A stretch of DNA of 31,845 nucleotides, taken from a virus. Lineage: Duplodnaviria; Caudoviricetes. The translations under genes and the position numbers were made by a program. The stretch is taken from positions 1 through 31,845 of the IMG/VR virus record IMGVR_UViG_3300042347_000063, one strand, 5' to 3'. The notes under the pieces are model-generated. The model saw only the letters and a program-made list of their open reading frames with translations, was not told the origin of the DNA and made no database searches. Position 1 is the stretch's first letter. Each line of letters starts with the position of its first letter. Positions 1 through 8,364 of this stretch are shown here, piece by piece.

Positions 1-422
1 ATTCCACGCTCAACTGGGCATTCGCCGATTTCACCTGCAGAAAGGTTAAGTGCCTGTCCGTTTGATGAGTTCTTTGTTCCTGAAAGTTGTGCGTCGCCAT
101 ATGCTAGTGAGAGAAGCAAGTTCTCTAGTGTAGCCTCAGCGAAAGCAGTTGCAAGATTAACCTGCATTCCTTGCTTGTAAAGTTTTGCAACGTCAAGAAG
201 TTGGTCTACCTGAACTTCACCGAAGTCTGGTTGGAACTGCAATTCAAGACCGTTCATGGTGTAACCTACGTTTGTATAGGTTGCATCATCTGCAAGAGTC
301 TCACGAAATGATTCGCTTGATACTGCTGTTTCCAGTGTTCCTGGAGTAAGTGTTGTGTCTGCAATAAAAAGTGCTGCAGCGCCAACGATAATGTTTGTTG
401 AACTTCCACGACTATAAGCCAT
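1..422 (-). CDS. Major tail tube protein (5' part; runs off the window edge)
   Basis: Not in the ORF track because it is truncated. Manual translation from ATG at 420-422 (SD GAGGTGA upstream) gives MAYSRGSSTNIIVGAAALFIAD...NVGYTMNGLELQFQPDFGEVQVDQLLDVAKLYKQGMQVNLATAFAEATLENL. The IIVG / GYT.NG.EL / V.VDQ / EATLENL pattern is typical of siphovirus tail tube proteins, and the gene follows the head-tail connector genes. Confidence 0.8.
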   Translation of the reverse strand, partial: MAYSRGSSTNIIVGAAALFIADTTLTPGTLETAVSSESFRETLADDATYTNVGYTMNGLELQFQPDFGEVQVDQLLDVAKLYKQGMQVNLATAFAEATLENLLLSLAYGDAQLSGTKNSSNGQALNLSAGEIGECPVERG

Positions 423-484
423 TTGTTCACCTCTTTCTTAAGAATAGTGTATTAAGTTGTACGGCGTTTGTTTCCTCAAAGTTA

Positions 485-493
485 ATTATAACA
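485..493 (-). promoter_or_regulatory. Extended -10 promoter (TGTTATAAT) for the major tail gene
   Basis: TGnTATAAT about 60 nt upstream of the tail ATG; same motif as before most genes here. Confidence 0.6.
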
Positions 494-498
494 GCCTT

Positions 499-1080
499 TT
501 AAATGATTTGTTTTGTAGCCAGTTTTTCGGGTACCCAGTCATTTGTGGTCAAATCTGGCATCTGGTGGTAGTCAAAATCAATAATAATCTTATTACCTCC
601 ATACGTACGGGCTGTCCCAAAATCAATAATATCTCTAGTTTCTTCTAGTTGATAGACCTTAAAATTATGAAAATAGAACATGCTGTCTATTAGGTCTGGA
701 TTGGCATTTGTGCCTAGATTTACCTGCCTATTTGAGCACCAGTTATTAATCTCTTCTGCTGTTTCGTCATATCTGTCCATAAGGCGAAAAACAGCCTCTT
801 GAATTTGTATCATATTTTCTACTGAGTTTTCTGCTGTAGCATAAAAATAGTACAGAAGTTGCTCGCATTTAATGTGTGGAAAACCTTTACGATTCATCTT
901 GATCAGTCTGTCCCAAGTCCCCATTACTCCGCCTGCTGGAAAAGACTGCTGAAGGTCTGAGAGGGCAGTTGGGCTAGATGGGAAAAGGGGTACCTCAATG
1001 TTTGAAAGCAAAGGTATGTTTGCTTCTAGATATTTATTAATCCATAGAACTGGTGTGTTTAGTAGTGTGTCGTTGGCCAT
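499..1080 (-). CDS. Putative tail terminator / tail completion protein
   Basis: 193 aa, directly upstream of the tail tube gene, coupled to the previous gene by a TAATG overlap. The call rests on gene order. Confidence 0.5.
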   Translation of the reverse strand: MANDTLLNTPVLWINKYLEANIPLLSNIEVPLFPSSPTALSDLQQSFPAGGVMGTWDRLIKMNRKGFPHIKCEQLLYYFYATAENSVENMIQIQEAVFRLMDRYDETAEEINNWCSNRQVNLGTNANPDLIDSMFYFHNFKVYQLEETRDIIDFGTARTYGGNKIIIDFDYHQMPDLTTNDWVPEKLATKQII

Positions 1081-1757
1081 TATGTTCCTGTCATCCCTGC
1101 GCTAGCAATCCATCTATACCCTGTTTTGTACCCTGTAGATCTACCCATTCTTTTGCCTTGCTGTAGGTTAGATTTATATACCATAGGGTTCTCCAGATAT
1201 GCTGCGACTCCTGTACTTCTTAAAAATGCTTGACTTAGGTATCTAGCAAAAAACATGTTAAATGTTTTTTCAAAACCACCTTGTGCTGCAACTCCTCCAG
1301 GGTTATTAACATTAATTGGACCTGCCGTAAAAATCATATCTCCATTATCTTCAAAAGCAAGAACATTAGACACTCTTGGCTTTATAACAACTGGTATTCC
1401 AAACTCAATAATTCTAGCCTTGTCATAAAATGGTACTCTAGATCCATCTTTAATTGTTTGAGATTGACTAAAAGATGCACTGAAGTTAATTCCATAGCCA
1501 GTGGATACAGCATTTACGCTAAACAATCTTCCTGAAGACTGACCTACCTGATTCCACTCATACATATGGTGAAGAGTTTGAGGACTAACAGATGCATTTG
1601 AGTCAATAAATTTCTCTAATATGTTCTTTACCTCTATACCAAGATTTCTAAAGAACAATATTTTTCCTGCTTTTGCTCCATCAAGAAATCCTTCTGAATA
1701 CTGAATAATATTCTTCATATCTTTTTGAAATTGTATATTGTTAATTTTAAGTTTCAT
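1080..1757 (-). CDS. Putative neck / tail completion protein (HK97 gp10-like position)
   Basis: 225 aa in the connector cluster; contains a 'ARIIEFG' motif like the A..vEfG motif of gp10-like proteins; TAATG coupling. Confidence 0.5.
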   Translation of the reverse strand: MKLKINNIQFQKDMKNIIQYSEGFLDGAKAGKILFFRNLGIEVKNILEKFIDSNASVSPQTLHHMYEWNQVGQSSGRLFSVNAVSTGYGINFSASFSQSQTIKDGSRVPFYDKARIIEFGIPVVIKPRVSNVLAFEDNGDMIFTAGPINVNNPGGVAAQGGFEKTFNMFFARYLSQAFLRSTGVAAYLENPMVYKSNLQQGKRMGRSTGYKTGYRWIASAGMTGT

Positions 1758-2203
1758 TAGATATCACTAGCCTGATTTTCAGATCTACGCACTGTCAACT
1801 TGTAATACTCTACACTACCAAAAGGCCCAAGGGTTGGTTCGTTAGTCGCTATTTCGTATAGAGTAGATCTTCCTGCTCGTGGTCCAGAAGTTTCTAGATA
1901 TATTGGGTTTTCCCATCTATCACGAATATTGGTAACAAGTACATTAGTAATTGCATTCTTATCTTCAGAATCTGAAATTCTAATATCTGTCTTCACTCTA
2001 CCAAGCAAAATTGAATCCTGTGTAATATTTACATTAGGCTTTACTTCTTCTTTAAAGGCTGCTCCGCCACTTGAAAAGTTACAGGCTACTGTCTTACTTA
2101 AAACCCAAGTCTTTTTTAGATTTCCGTAGGCACCCTGATCAACTAGCGGATAATATATATCTGCAAGAAGTGGATACATAAAGTCAGTAATATCGCACTG
2201 CAT
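1757..2203 (-). CDS. Putative head closure (stopper) protein
   Basis: 148 aa, beta-rich, with 'DQGAYGNLKKTW' resembling the D..G.....W motif of SPP1 gp16-like stoppers; follows the adaptor gene. Confidence 0.55.
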   Translation of the reverse strand: MQCDITDFMYPLLADIYYPLVDQGAYGNLKKTWVLSKTVACNFSSGGAAFKEEVKPNVNITQDSILLGRVKTDIRISDSEDKNAITNVLVTNIRDRWENPIYLETSGPRAGRSTLYEIATNEPTLGPFGSVEYYKLTVRRSENQASDI

Positions 2204-3174
2204 TATAAAACTCCAAGTTTGGTAATAGACTGCACATACTTTGAGAGTATCTTGTCTACTAATATATTTCCTGTTCCGTCCAAAACTGTTTTATCAAACT
2301 GAATCTTAAACTGATCTGTATTATATGAAGTAACATATCTCTTATAGTAGTCTAACTTTCCACACTTAATATCTTCAATTAACATTTTTGTAGCGTCCTG
2401 AATATCATAAGGAACAACCCTATATCCAGTCTCTAGCAGGAATAGATAGTCATATCCTTCATTAAATGCAACTCCACCACTAATGGTATAAATATTTCCA
2501 CTGTCTTCTGTATCAAACAAAGCAAATGAATCTGATGGGGCTACAAACATTCCAGACTTTTTACGTTCAGCCCTATTGACTGCATCTGTATACGCTACTG
2601 GATCTTTTGTAATTGCTGTCTTATCTTTGGTTATTAAATAGTTCCACTCTCCAAGTGCTGGTCCATCTTCATTGTCAACGTCATACACTAGTTCTGCATT
2701 TTCATATACCTTCAAAACTTTATTTGTTCTTTCCCATAGTGGAATATAGTCTGTTCCTTGTCCAACAGTCTCTAGATAGGTTTTCTTGTTATAAAATCCA
2801 CCTGTAATATTATCAATAATTGTTCTAGCAAGACCTTCATATTCTGTGTACTGGGCTATCTCTGTTGCAGTGGTTCCAAGCGTTGCTGGATCTATATATG
2901 GTCTCATTATCTCTAAGTTATCTTCTACAACTGGCTCATCAGATATAACACCTTCAGATATTTCTTCATAAATTGCAAGAGAGTAAGACTTATCGTACTT
3001 TGAAAATATTACTGGAAGTTCAAGAGTTACCTTAGACTGAGATGTTGATAGAATAGCCTCTTGTGTAATGTCTTGATTTTCAACATCCTCAATCACAAAA
3101 ACATATGAGGTCAGTGGCTCTGGTACTGTGTATGTAATAGAAATTGGATATGGGGGAAGTCTAAGAATTTGCAT
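2203..3174 (-). CDS. Head-tail adaptor protein with N-terminal extension
   Basis: 323 aa; 'ARTIIDNITG' and 'ETGYRVVPYDIQDATKMLIEDI' match the adaptor pattern (A...I...TG; Y..GY...P.DI..A...L); gene order after the capsid gene. Confidence 0.65.
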   Translation of the reverse strand: MQILRLPPYPISITYTVPEPLTSYVFVIEDVENQDITQEAILSTSQSKVTLELPVIFSKYDKSYSLAIYEEISEGVISDEPVVEDNLEIMRPYIDPATLGTTATEIAQYTEYEGLARTIIDNITGGFYNKKTYLETVGQGTDYIPLWERTNKVLKVYENAELVYDVDNEDGPALGEWNYLITKDKTAITKDPVAYTDAVNRAERKKSGMFVAPSDSFALFDTEDSGNIYTISGGVAFNEGYDYLFLLETGYRVVPYDIQDATKMLIEDIKCGKLDYYKRYVTSYNTDQFKIQFDKTVLDGTGNILVDKILSKYVQSITKLGVL

Positions 3175-3176
3175 AA

Positions 3177-3512
3177 TTATTTACCATAGTACCTTGCTAC
3201 TTCTTCTGGAGAAGCAATTCTTACAGCCTTATGGGTTACCCATTTGTCTGCATCTTCTCCAGTAACAATGTTATACCCTATCTTTAGGGTTCCTAGTCCG
3301 TTCCAAAAAATATTTCTTGTTGAATAAACCGCTGAGTTTTTTTCTTTTTTTTGTGGCTTTGAGTCAACACTTTCATTTGGTGTCCAACTAGCCAAAATTT
3401 CAAGAATTTCTAATTTTGTTTTAGAGTCAAACAATTCAATGTTTTTCTTTTTTGCATAGGCCTTTAACTCCATAACAGTTTTCTTAGACAATTCTTCCAT
3501 TGTAAAACTCAT
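3177..3512 (-). CDS. Small protein with an N-terminal Rho-N / HeH-LEM-like helical domain
   Basis: 'EELSKKTVMELKAYAKKKNIELFDSKTKLEILEIL' fits the L...tv.eLk..Ak..gI......K.eli pattern, common next to capsid genes. Has its own TGGTATAAT (3537-3545) and SD. Confidence 0.65.
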   Translation of the reverse strand: MSFTMEELSKKTVMELKAYAKKKNIELFDSKTKLEILEILASWTPNESVDSKPQKKEKNSAVYSTRNIFWNGLGTLKIGYNIVTGEDADKWVTHKAVRIASPEEVARYYGK

Positions 3513-3548
3513 GTTATCTCCCTATGCTCAATTGTAATTATACCAGAG

Positions 3549-3776
3549 TTATCTTCTTAAAGATCCTCTTAAAGTTTGTGGCCTTCTTATTCCTGAAGGA
3601 GTTCCAGACATTATTATATTTGTACCAAAATTAGCGGTAGGGGTACAGCCCAAAGCATTTGTTTCTGTGATAACCCCATTAGGTCCTGTTATAACAGTTC
3701 CCGTTGTTCCTCCCGCTGCAACAACACCTCCACCAGTATGTGTGTGCTCTTGTGTTGGATTTCCTGGATAAGACAT
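3549..3776 (-). CDS. 75-aa protein paralogous to the N-terminal arm of the major capsid protein
   Basis: SD AAGGAG upstream of the ATG; 22 of 49 residues identical in an ungapped manual alignment with capsid residues YPGSPT...TANFG. Confidence 0.75.
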   Translation of the reverse strand: MSYPGNPTQEHTHTGGGVVAAGGTTGTVITGPNGVITETNALGCTPTANFGTNIIMSGTPSGIRRPQTLRGSLRR

Positions 3777-3793
3777 TTATCTCCTTTATATGA

Positions 3794-3828
3794 CTAAGAG
3801 GGACAGATTTTACTCTGCCCCCCTTAAG
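3794..3828 (-). terminator. Stem-loop after the major capsid gene (terminator or mRNA-stabilising hairpin)
   Basis: Minus strand CTTAAGGGGGGCAGA-GTAAAA-TCTGTCCCTCTTAG, about 17 nt after the capsid stop; no U-tract. Confidence 0.6.
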
Positions 3829-3845
3829 CCATTGCTAAGTATTAA

Positions 3846-4988
3846 TTAGGAATTTGCTGCTGCATCTGCGTAAGCAACTGCATCAAGTTCTTCCCACTGA
3901 ATACCAAAGCGGATGAATACTGTGTATTCGATTGTGTCCTTCTTGTTGATGTATTCACGATTTACTGTGATATCACGCTGGAAGCCCCATACACGGTTCT
4001 GTGGGAATGTCAAGTCGACATATCCTGCAGGGTAGTAAGGTACTTCCATGACTTCTACTCCGAGAACACGAGTTGTACGTGCTCCACCGAATGTCTGTCC
4101 TGCGCCATCAAGGTATGACTGACGATTTGCCTCTGTGCCTGGACCCTTGTTAACAAAGGCTTCAGCGATTGCATCTGCAAGTGTACCGTTGTTCTTAACG
4201 ATTCCCTGGAATGCATCTGTACCTGCGTAGAACTTAAGATTGTTCTTAAGTGCACGGTACTTACGTGGCATTGCAAGAATAATATCCTGCATTACGTTTG
4301 TTGTCCAAGCATCATCAGCGACTGTTACTGCTGCTTCGTGAGCATCAGAACCATCTCCTGCTAAGTGGACGAAACCTTCCATAATTGAAAGGAAGTTGCC
4401 TGTTGAACCATCGCCGTTAATTGCGAGGTCTTCAATATCGTTAGCGAAAGCATTGGTCATCAAGCGAACTAGATGATCTTCAAGTGCTGCACCTTCAATA
4501 TTATCTTCAAGCGCTTCTGCTGAAACTTCCCAGTCAAGACGAATCTTCTTTGTAGTAAGTTCGACCTTTGTGAAAGTTGCACCAGCATTTGTGAAATCTG
4601 GCTGTGCCTGAGCAGCAGCACGGATTACACGCTCACCAACGTTGACCTTTTCAAGTTCCATGGTGTTTGCACGCATTGTAACTTTACGACCATCCTTGGC
4701 GAGAACTGTTGCATCCCACACGTAGTCGATGAAGCGACGAGCCTGCTCTGGTGCTAGAATACCACCTGGTGTTCCAGTTGGGTTTACAGCATTTGCGCCA
4801 GATGTTGATCCGAAGTTCGCTGTAGCAATGTTACCAAGCGAAGCAGCGGGTGAAAGATTACCGTTGGCATCTGTGGTTGTTGCACCACCGATAGCACCAG
4901 ATGCGAATGCACCGTCGCCGTTATGGGCGTGTGACTCGGTTGGTGATCCAGGATAATTCTTTACGATATCTGTATTTTGTTCCGACAT
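3846..4988 (-). CDS. Major capsid protein (HK97 fold)
   Basis: Start refined to ATG 4986-4988 (SD AGGAGGTGA). Motifs 'GGILAPEQARRFID', 'EVSAEALEDNIEG', 'DIEDLAINGDG' and 'LGVEVMEVPYYP'; lies after the protease/scaffold gene. Confidence 0.92.
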   Translation of the reverse strand: MSEQNTDIVKNYPGSPTESHAHNGDGAFASGAIGGATTTDANGNLSPAASLGNIATANFGSTSGANAVNPTGTPGGILAPEQARRFIDYVWDATVLAKDGRKVTMRANTMELEKVNVGERVIRAAAQAQPDFTNAGATFTKVELTTKKIRLDWEVSAEALEDNIEGAALEDHLVRLMTNAFANDIEDLAINGDGSTGNFLSIMEGFVHLAGDGSDAHEAAVTVADDAWTTNVMQDIILAMPRKYRALKNNLKFYAGTDAFQGIVKNNGTLADAIAEAFVNKGPGTEANRQSYLDGAGQTFGGARTTRVLGVEVMEVPYYPAGYVDLTFPQNRVWGFQRDITVNREYINKKDTIEYTVFIRFGIQWEELDAVAYADAAANS

Positions 4989-5017
4989 ATTGTTCACCTC
5001 CTAGTGATTTTATATCT

Positions 5018-5566
5018 TTAGTTTAATAGGTCGGTTGATTTGAGGAAACGACCGCCCCATAGGGATTTCTGAACCTTTACAGGCTCAAACTGCACGATCT
5101 CGCCTAGATCGCCAGACTTGCGGAAAGCGGTGTCTGCAACTACGGCATCAACTCGCTTGCCAAACTCATTGAAGTTTCCTTTGATACTGTTAACTTCTCC
5201 AGTTACATTATCAAGAGACTTCGTTACTGCTGCTACCTGCTCGTGAAGAGACTTAACGGTTGCAGCGAGATCGCCAAAGGCATTAGTAAGAGAAGCGTTA
5301 ATTTCAGCAAGTGCCTTAGCAACTTCTTCTTTAACATCAGCAACTGCATTAGCAACTGCTTCTTCTGTCTTCTCTTCTTCTACTGGTGCTTCCTCTGCAT
5401 CAGTAGATTCTGCACTACCATCAACTGCTTCTGCTGCAGGTGCTTCTTCAGCAACTACCGCTTCTTCAGCGACTGCAGGAGTTTCAACAACTTCTGCTGG
5501 CTGTGCCTCTGGAGCAACCTCTGCATTTTCAACTGGAGTATCTAATACTTCTGTTGCTTCTGTCAT
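5018..5566 (-). CDS. Nested in-frame scaffolding protein (182 aa, internal start)
   Basis: SD AGGAGGT (5574-5580) 7 nt before an in-frame ATG (5564-5566, MTEATEVL...), exactly where the acidic/coiled-coil region starts. Confidence 0.65.
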   Translation of the reverse strand: MTEATEVLDTPVENAEVAPEAQPAEVVETPAVAEEAVVAEEAPAAEAVDGSAESTDAEEAPVEEEKTEEAVANAVADVKEEVAKALAEINASLTNAFGDLAATVKSLHEQVAAVTKSLDNVTGEVNSIKGNFNEFGKRVDAVVADTAFRKSGDLGEIVQFEPVKVQKSLWGGRFLKSTDLLN

Positions 5567-6319
5567 GTGGTTTACCTCCTTGTTAATCTTAGAAGTTCTA
5601 ATGCCTTTAGCACTATCAACTAAGAATTTTATCATGTCTGCTTTTTCAGAATCAGTTTTTTCAACAAAACCAATATTCTGCATCTCTTCTCCAGATACAG
5701 GACTAATCTGTGTTTCTTCTTCTGAGGTAACTACTATACCAGATTCCTTATCGTAAAATACGTTTTCTAGAACTGTTTCATCACCCTTAATAACATCAAC
5801 ACCATCTACTTTTTCAACAGACATTATGCTGGCAAATTGGTTGGCTGGGCTATCAACTAATGACAACTCAATAAGATCATAGTCTTTAATAATTCTAATT
5901 TGTTCATCTGACTTTTCGTCATAAGCATCGTCCCACTTGTTCATTCTTCCACCAATAGAAAAACCAGTATAAGTTCCATCTAGAACTTTTTCCCATGCAT
6001 CTTGTGCACCCTTAGAGATGTATGCAGAAACATAAACACCCTTATAAAACTTCTTTGATTCTGGATCAAAATACTTTTCTTCTTTAAATGAAACCATCTT
6101 GCCTACTGCTGATGGTTGATGCATTTCTCTAATATTCCCACGGAATTTTGCAAATGCATTCATAGATGCTTCTGTAGTAACAATATCGTTTTGCTTATCT
6201 AGGTTATCTAGAGATGCAAAACCTGAGACGATTCTTCGTCCTTGGTCTACTTTGGTAAGGGGCATTGATAGACGAACATTGTCGCCATCAGTCACCCAAG
6301 AAGCCTTATTTATTTTCAT
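5018..6319 (-). CDS. Prohead maturation protease (HK97-type) fused to a C-terminal scaffold
   Basis: 'RRIVSGFAS..NLDKQNDIV', 'REMHQ', 'YTGFSIGG' and 'ELSLVDSPAN' are herpes-like/HK97 protease motifs (catalytic His and Ser), followed by an E/A-rich linker and a coiled coil. Confidence 0.9.
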   Translation of the reverse strand: MKINKASWVTDGDNVRLSMPLTKVDQGRRIVSGFASLDNLDKQNDIVTTEASMNAFAKFRGNIREMHQPSAVGKMVSFKEEKYFDPESKKFYKGVYVSAYISKGAQDAWEKVLDGTYTGFSIGGRMNKWDDAYDEKSDEQIRIIKDYDLIELSLVDSPANQFASIMSVEKVDGVDVIKGDETVLENVFYDKESGIVVTSEEETQISPVSGEEMQNIGFVEKTDSEKADMIKFLVDSAKGIRTSKINKEVNHMTEATEVLDTPVENAEVAPEAQPAEVVETPAVAEEAVVAEEAPAAEAVDGSAESTDAEEAPVEEEKTEEAVANAVADVKEEVAKALAEINASLTNAFGDLAATVKSLHEQVAAVTKSLDNVTGEVNSIKGNFNEFGKRVDAVVADTAFRKSGDLGEIVQFEPVKVQKSLWGGRFLKSTDLLN

Positions 6320-6359
6320 ATCACTTCCTATTATATCAAATGTTTATAGAGTTTCTCAA

Positions 6360-7958
6360 TTATTGAGACGCTCTGCCTTCTCCTTGTGCATTTCTTCCAG
6401 AAACGGTTGCTGTACCATCAGATTGGCTGTTTGTTCTTTCTGTATCCCGTTGGCGATTGCCAGCCAAATTTGCTCTCGTGTCAGTTGCCTGCCTTGCTGA
6501 CATTTGGAATGGCTCTTCTCCATGACTAACCTGTGGCAAGTCAAGAACTTCACGGGCTTCGTTGGGAAGCATAATCTGAGTCTTAACGTATCTTTCAAGA
6601 ATTTGAGACTGTGCAATTTCGTCTGTAAGCGTCAACTCGTTAAACTTGAGTTCAAGAATGTCTGTCTTTTCACGGATTATCTTATTGACTATCTTTTCTA
6701 AGTGATGCTGGGCTGGTCTTGCAACCTGCTCCTTAAAGGTACGATCCTGTGCAAGTGCTGCTGCAATAGCAGAAGAGTCTGCGCCTCCAAGTTTAGATAT
6801 TGGTACCTGATGAGCAATTAAAATGTCATCACGATTTTGTTTTCTATATTCTTTAAATGATCCATCCTGGATACCATTTTCAATTGGCTCCATTTTAAAC
6901 TCAACCTTATTCTGATCTGTATCTCCAGGAAGTGGGATATATAGAGTTCTATGAGATTGAGACTTTAAACCTGTCTGCAAGAATCTGAACATTTTGTCTT
7001 CTGCATCGCCAGATAGTTGTGCTCCCTTTAGGGTAATCACATATCTTGGTACCGCCTTGTTTTCAAAATAATCAATGTTGTACTGTGATGCTAATTTATC
7101 TCCAATAAGAGATGGCAGAGCAGATACAATATCTGGAACACCATAAAAAGTGTTTAGTGGAGAGTATTCTTTAATATGAATAATCTCATTTGGACGAGAG
7201 TCATTTGTTACTGGGTTAGGATTGCTTGCTCCAAAGTTGCGGAAGTAAACAACCTTTTGGCCAATGATTTGCAAGAATCCATCATGCAGTCTACGTACAC
7301 GAACTGTCGTTGCAGGTATGTGTCCTATGTATCCAATATCTCCTTCAACATTTCTACCTACCTCAATAAAGCCATTTCCTGTTGCTTGAACATCTGTAAA
7401 AACTTTTTCCATAATCTTTGTAAATGAGTCATCATCATTTAGGCTTTCTAGCCAGTCACGGATCTCAATCTTCATTCTTTCTACACGCTTACGAGCACGC
7501 TTGACTTTATCCTCATCTTCACTCATTTCAAAGCGAAGCGATGTGCTATCTGTCATAGCAAAGTGGTAACCCAATCCAACAATATTTTCTACCTTAGCAT
7601 CAATTGCTGCGTGGTTAGCAAATGATGTATCATAAAAGTTTGCTAACTCATACATGTTGTATGGCGGAGTAATAACATCAAACAAACCATAACCATTACG
7701 ATATACAGTTCCAGGGTTAATCTGTTTAGATCCAGAGTCTTGTCCATAAGGCATTGCATTTGCTGCATCTAAGTATGCGTCATCTCCAATTGCCTTATTA
7801 ACAACTCTTGAAACTCTTCTTTTAAAATTTTGGTCTAACCCAGAATAATCTTTAAGCATTTCCCAAGACTTGATAAACGGGTCTTGGTCTTTAAATAAAT
7901 CTTCTTGTTCTTCTTGTGTATTTAGACTTGCGCCAATATATCTTTTTTCTTCACTCAT
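6360..7958 (-). CDS. Portal protein
   Basis: 532 aa; 'DVQATGNGFIEV', 'NEIIHIKEYSPLNTFYGVP', 'YFENKAVP', 'AHQVPISKLG' and 'MLPNEAREVLDLP' are HK97/PBSX-family portal motifs. Confidence 0.93.
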   Translation of the reverse strand: MSEEKRYIGASLNTQEEQEDLFKDQDPFIKSWEMLKDYSGLDQNFKRRVSRVVNKAIGDDAYLDAANAMPYGQDSGSKQINPGTVYRNGYGLFDVITPPYNMYELANFYDTSFANHAAIDAKVENIVGLGYHFAMTDSTSLRFEMSEDEDKVKRARKRVERMKIEIRDWLESLNDDDSFTKIMEKVFTDVQATGNGFIEVGRNVEGDIGYIGHIPATTVRVRRLHDGFLQIIGQKVVYFRNFGASNPNPVTNDSRPNEIIHIKEYSPLNTFYGVPDIVSALPSLIGDKLASQYNIDYFENKAVPRYVITLKGAQLSGDAEDKMFRFLQTGLKSQSHRTLYIPLPGDTDQNKVEFKMEPIENGIQDGSFKEYRKQNRDDILIAHQVPISKLGGADSSAIAAALAQDRTFKEQVARPAQHHLEKIVNKIIREKTDILELKFNELTLTDEIAQSQILERYVKTQIMLPNEAREVLDLPQVSHGEEPFQMSARQATDTRANLAGNRQRDTERTNSQSDGTATVSGRNAQGEGRASQ

Positions 7959-8346
7959 CTAGAGCACCCCTACCAAACTTGTCAACTGTTTGCTGTGCAG
8001 CATGCCAAGCGCCTAGGTCATTCATAGAAGGAATAAGTCCCTGCTTAAGTCTATCTAACTGTTCTGAGTGCTCTTCATCTGTAATTCTTGTAAGTCCCGC
8101 AACAAATACTGCTTCACCATCTCCTGGGTCACCAAAGTGTTTTGCTGCATTTTTTAATTCTGTAATCTTAGATATATCCCCACGCATGGATTCAATGTTT
8201 AGAACATTGCCTTCTCCGTCTGTAAACCACTTACCACTTGACTTTTTATATACATACAGACCCCAGTCATATTGCTTCTCAATGACCTTTCTTCGGACAT
8301 TGCTGACTATAGGTTTACCAGTTTTTTGGCTAATTAATGGATTCAT
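7951..8346 (-). CDS. Hypothetical phage protein upstream of the portal
   Basis: 131 aa, overlaps the portal start by 8 nt; TGGTATACT (8354-8362) 7 nt before its ATG. Confidence 0.7.
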   Translation of the reverse strand: MNPLISQKTGKPIVSNVRRKVIEKQYDWGLYVYKKSSGKWFTDGEGNVLNIESMRGDISKITELKNAAKHFGDPGDGEAVFVAGLTRITDEEHSEQLDRLKQGLIPSMNDLGAWHAAQQTVDKFGRGALDE

Positions 8347-8364
8347 AACCTTTAGTATACCATA

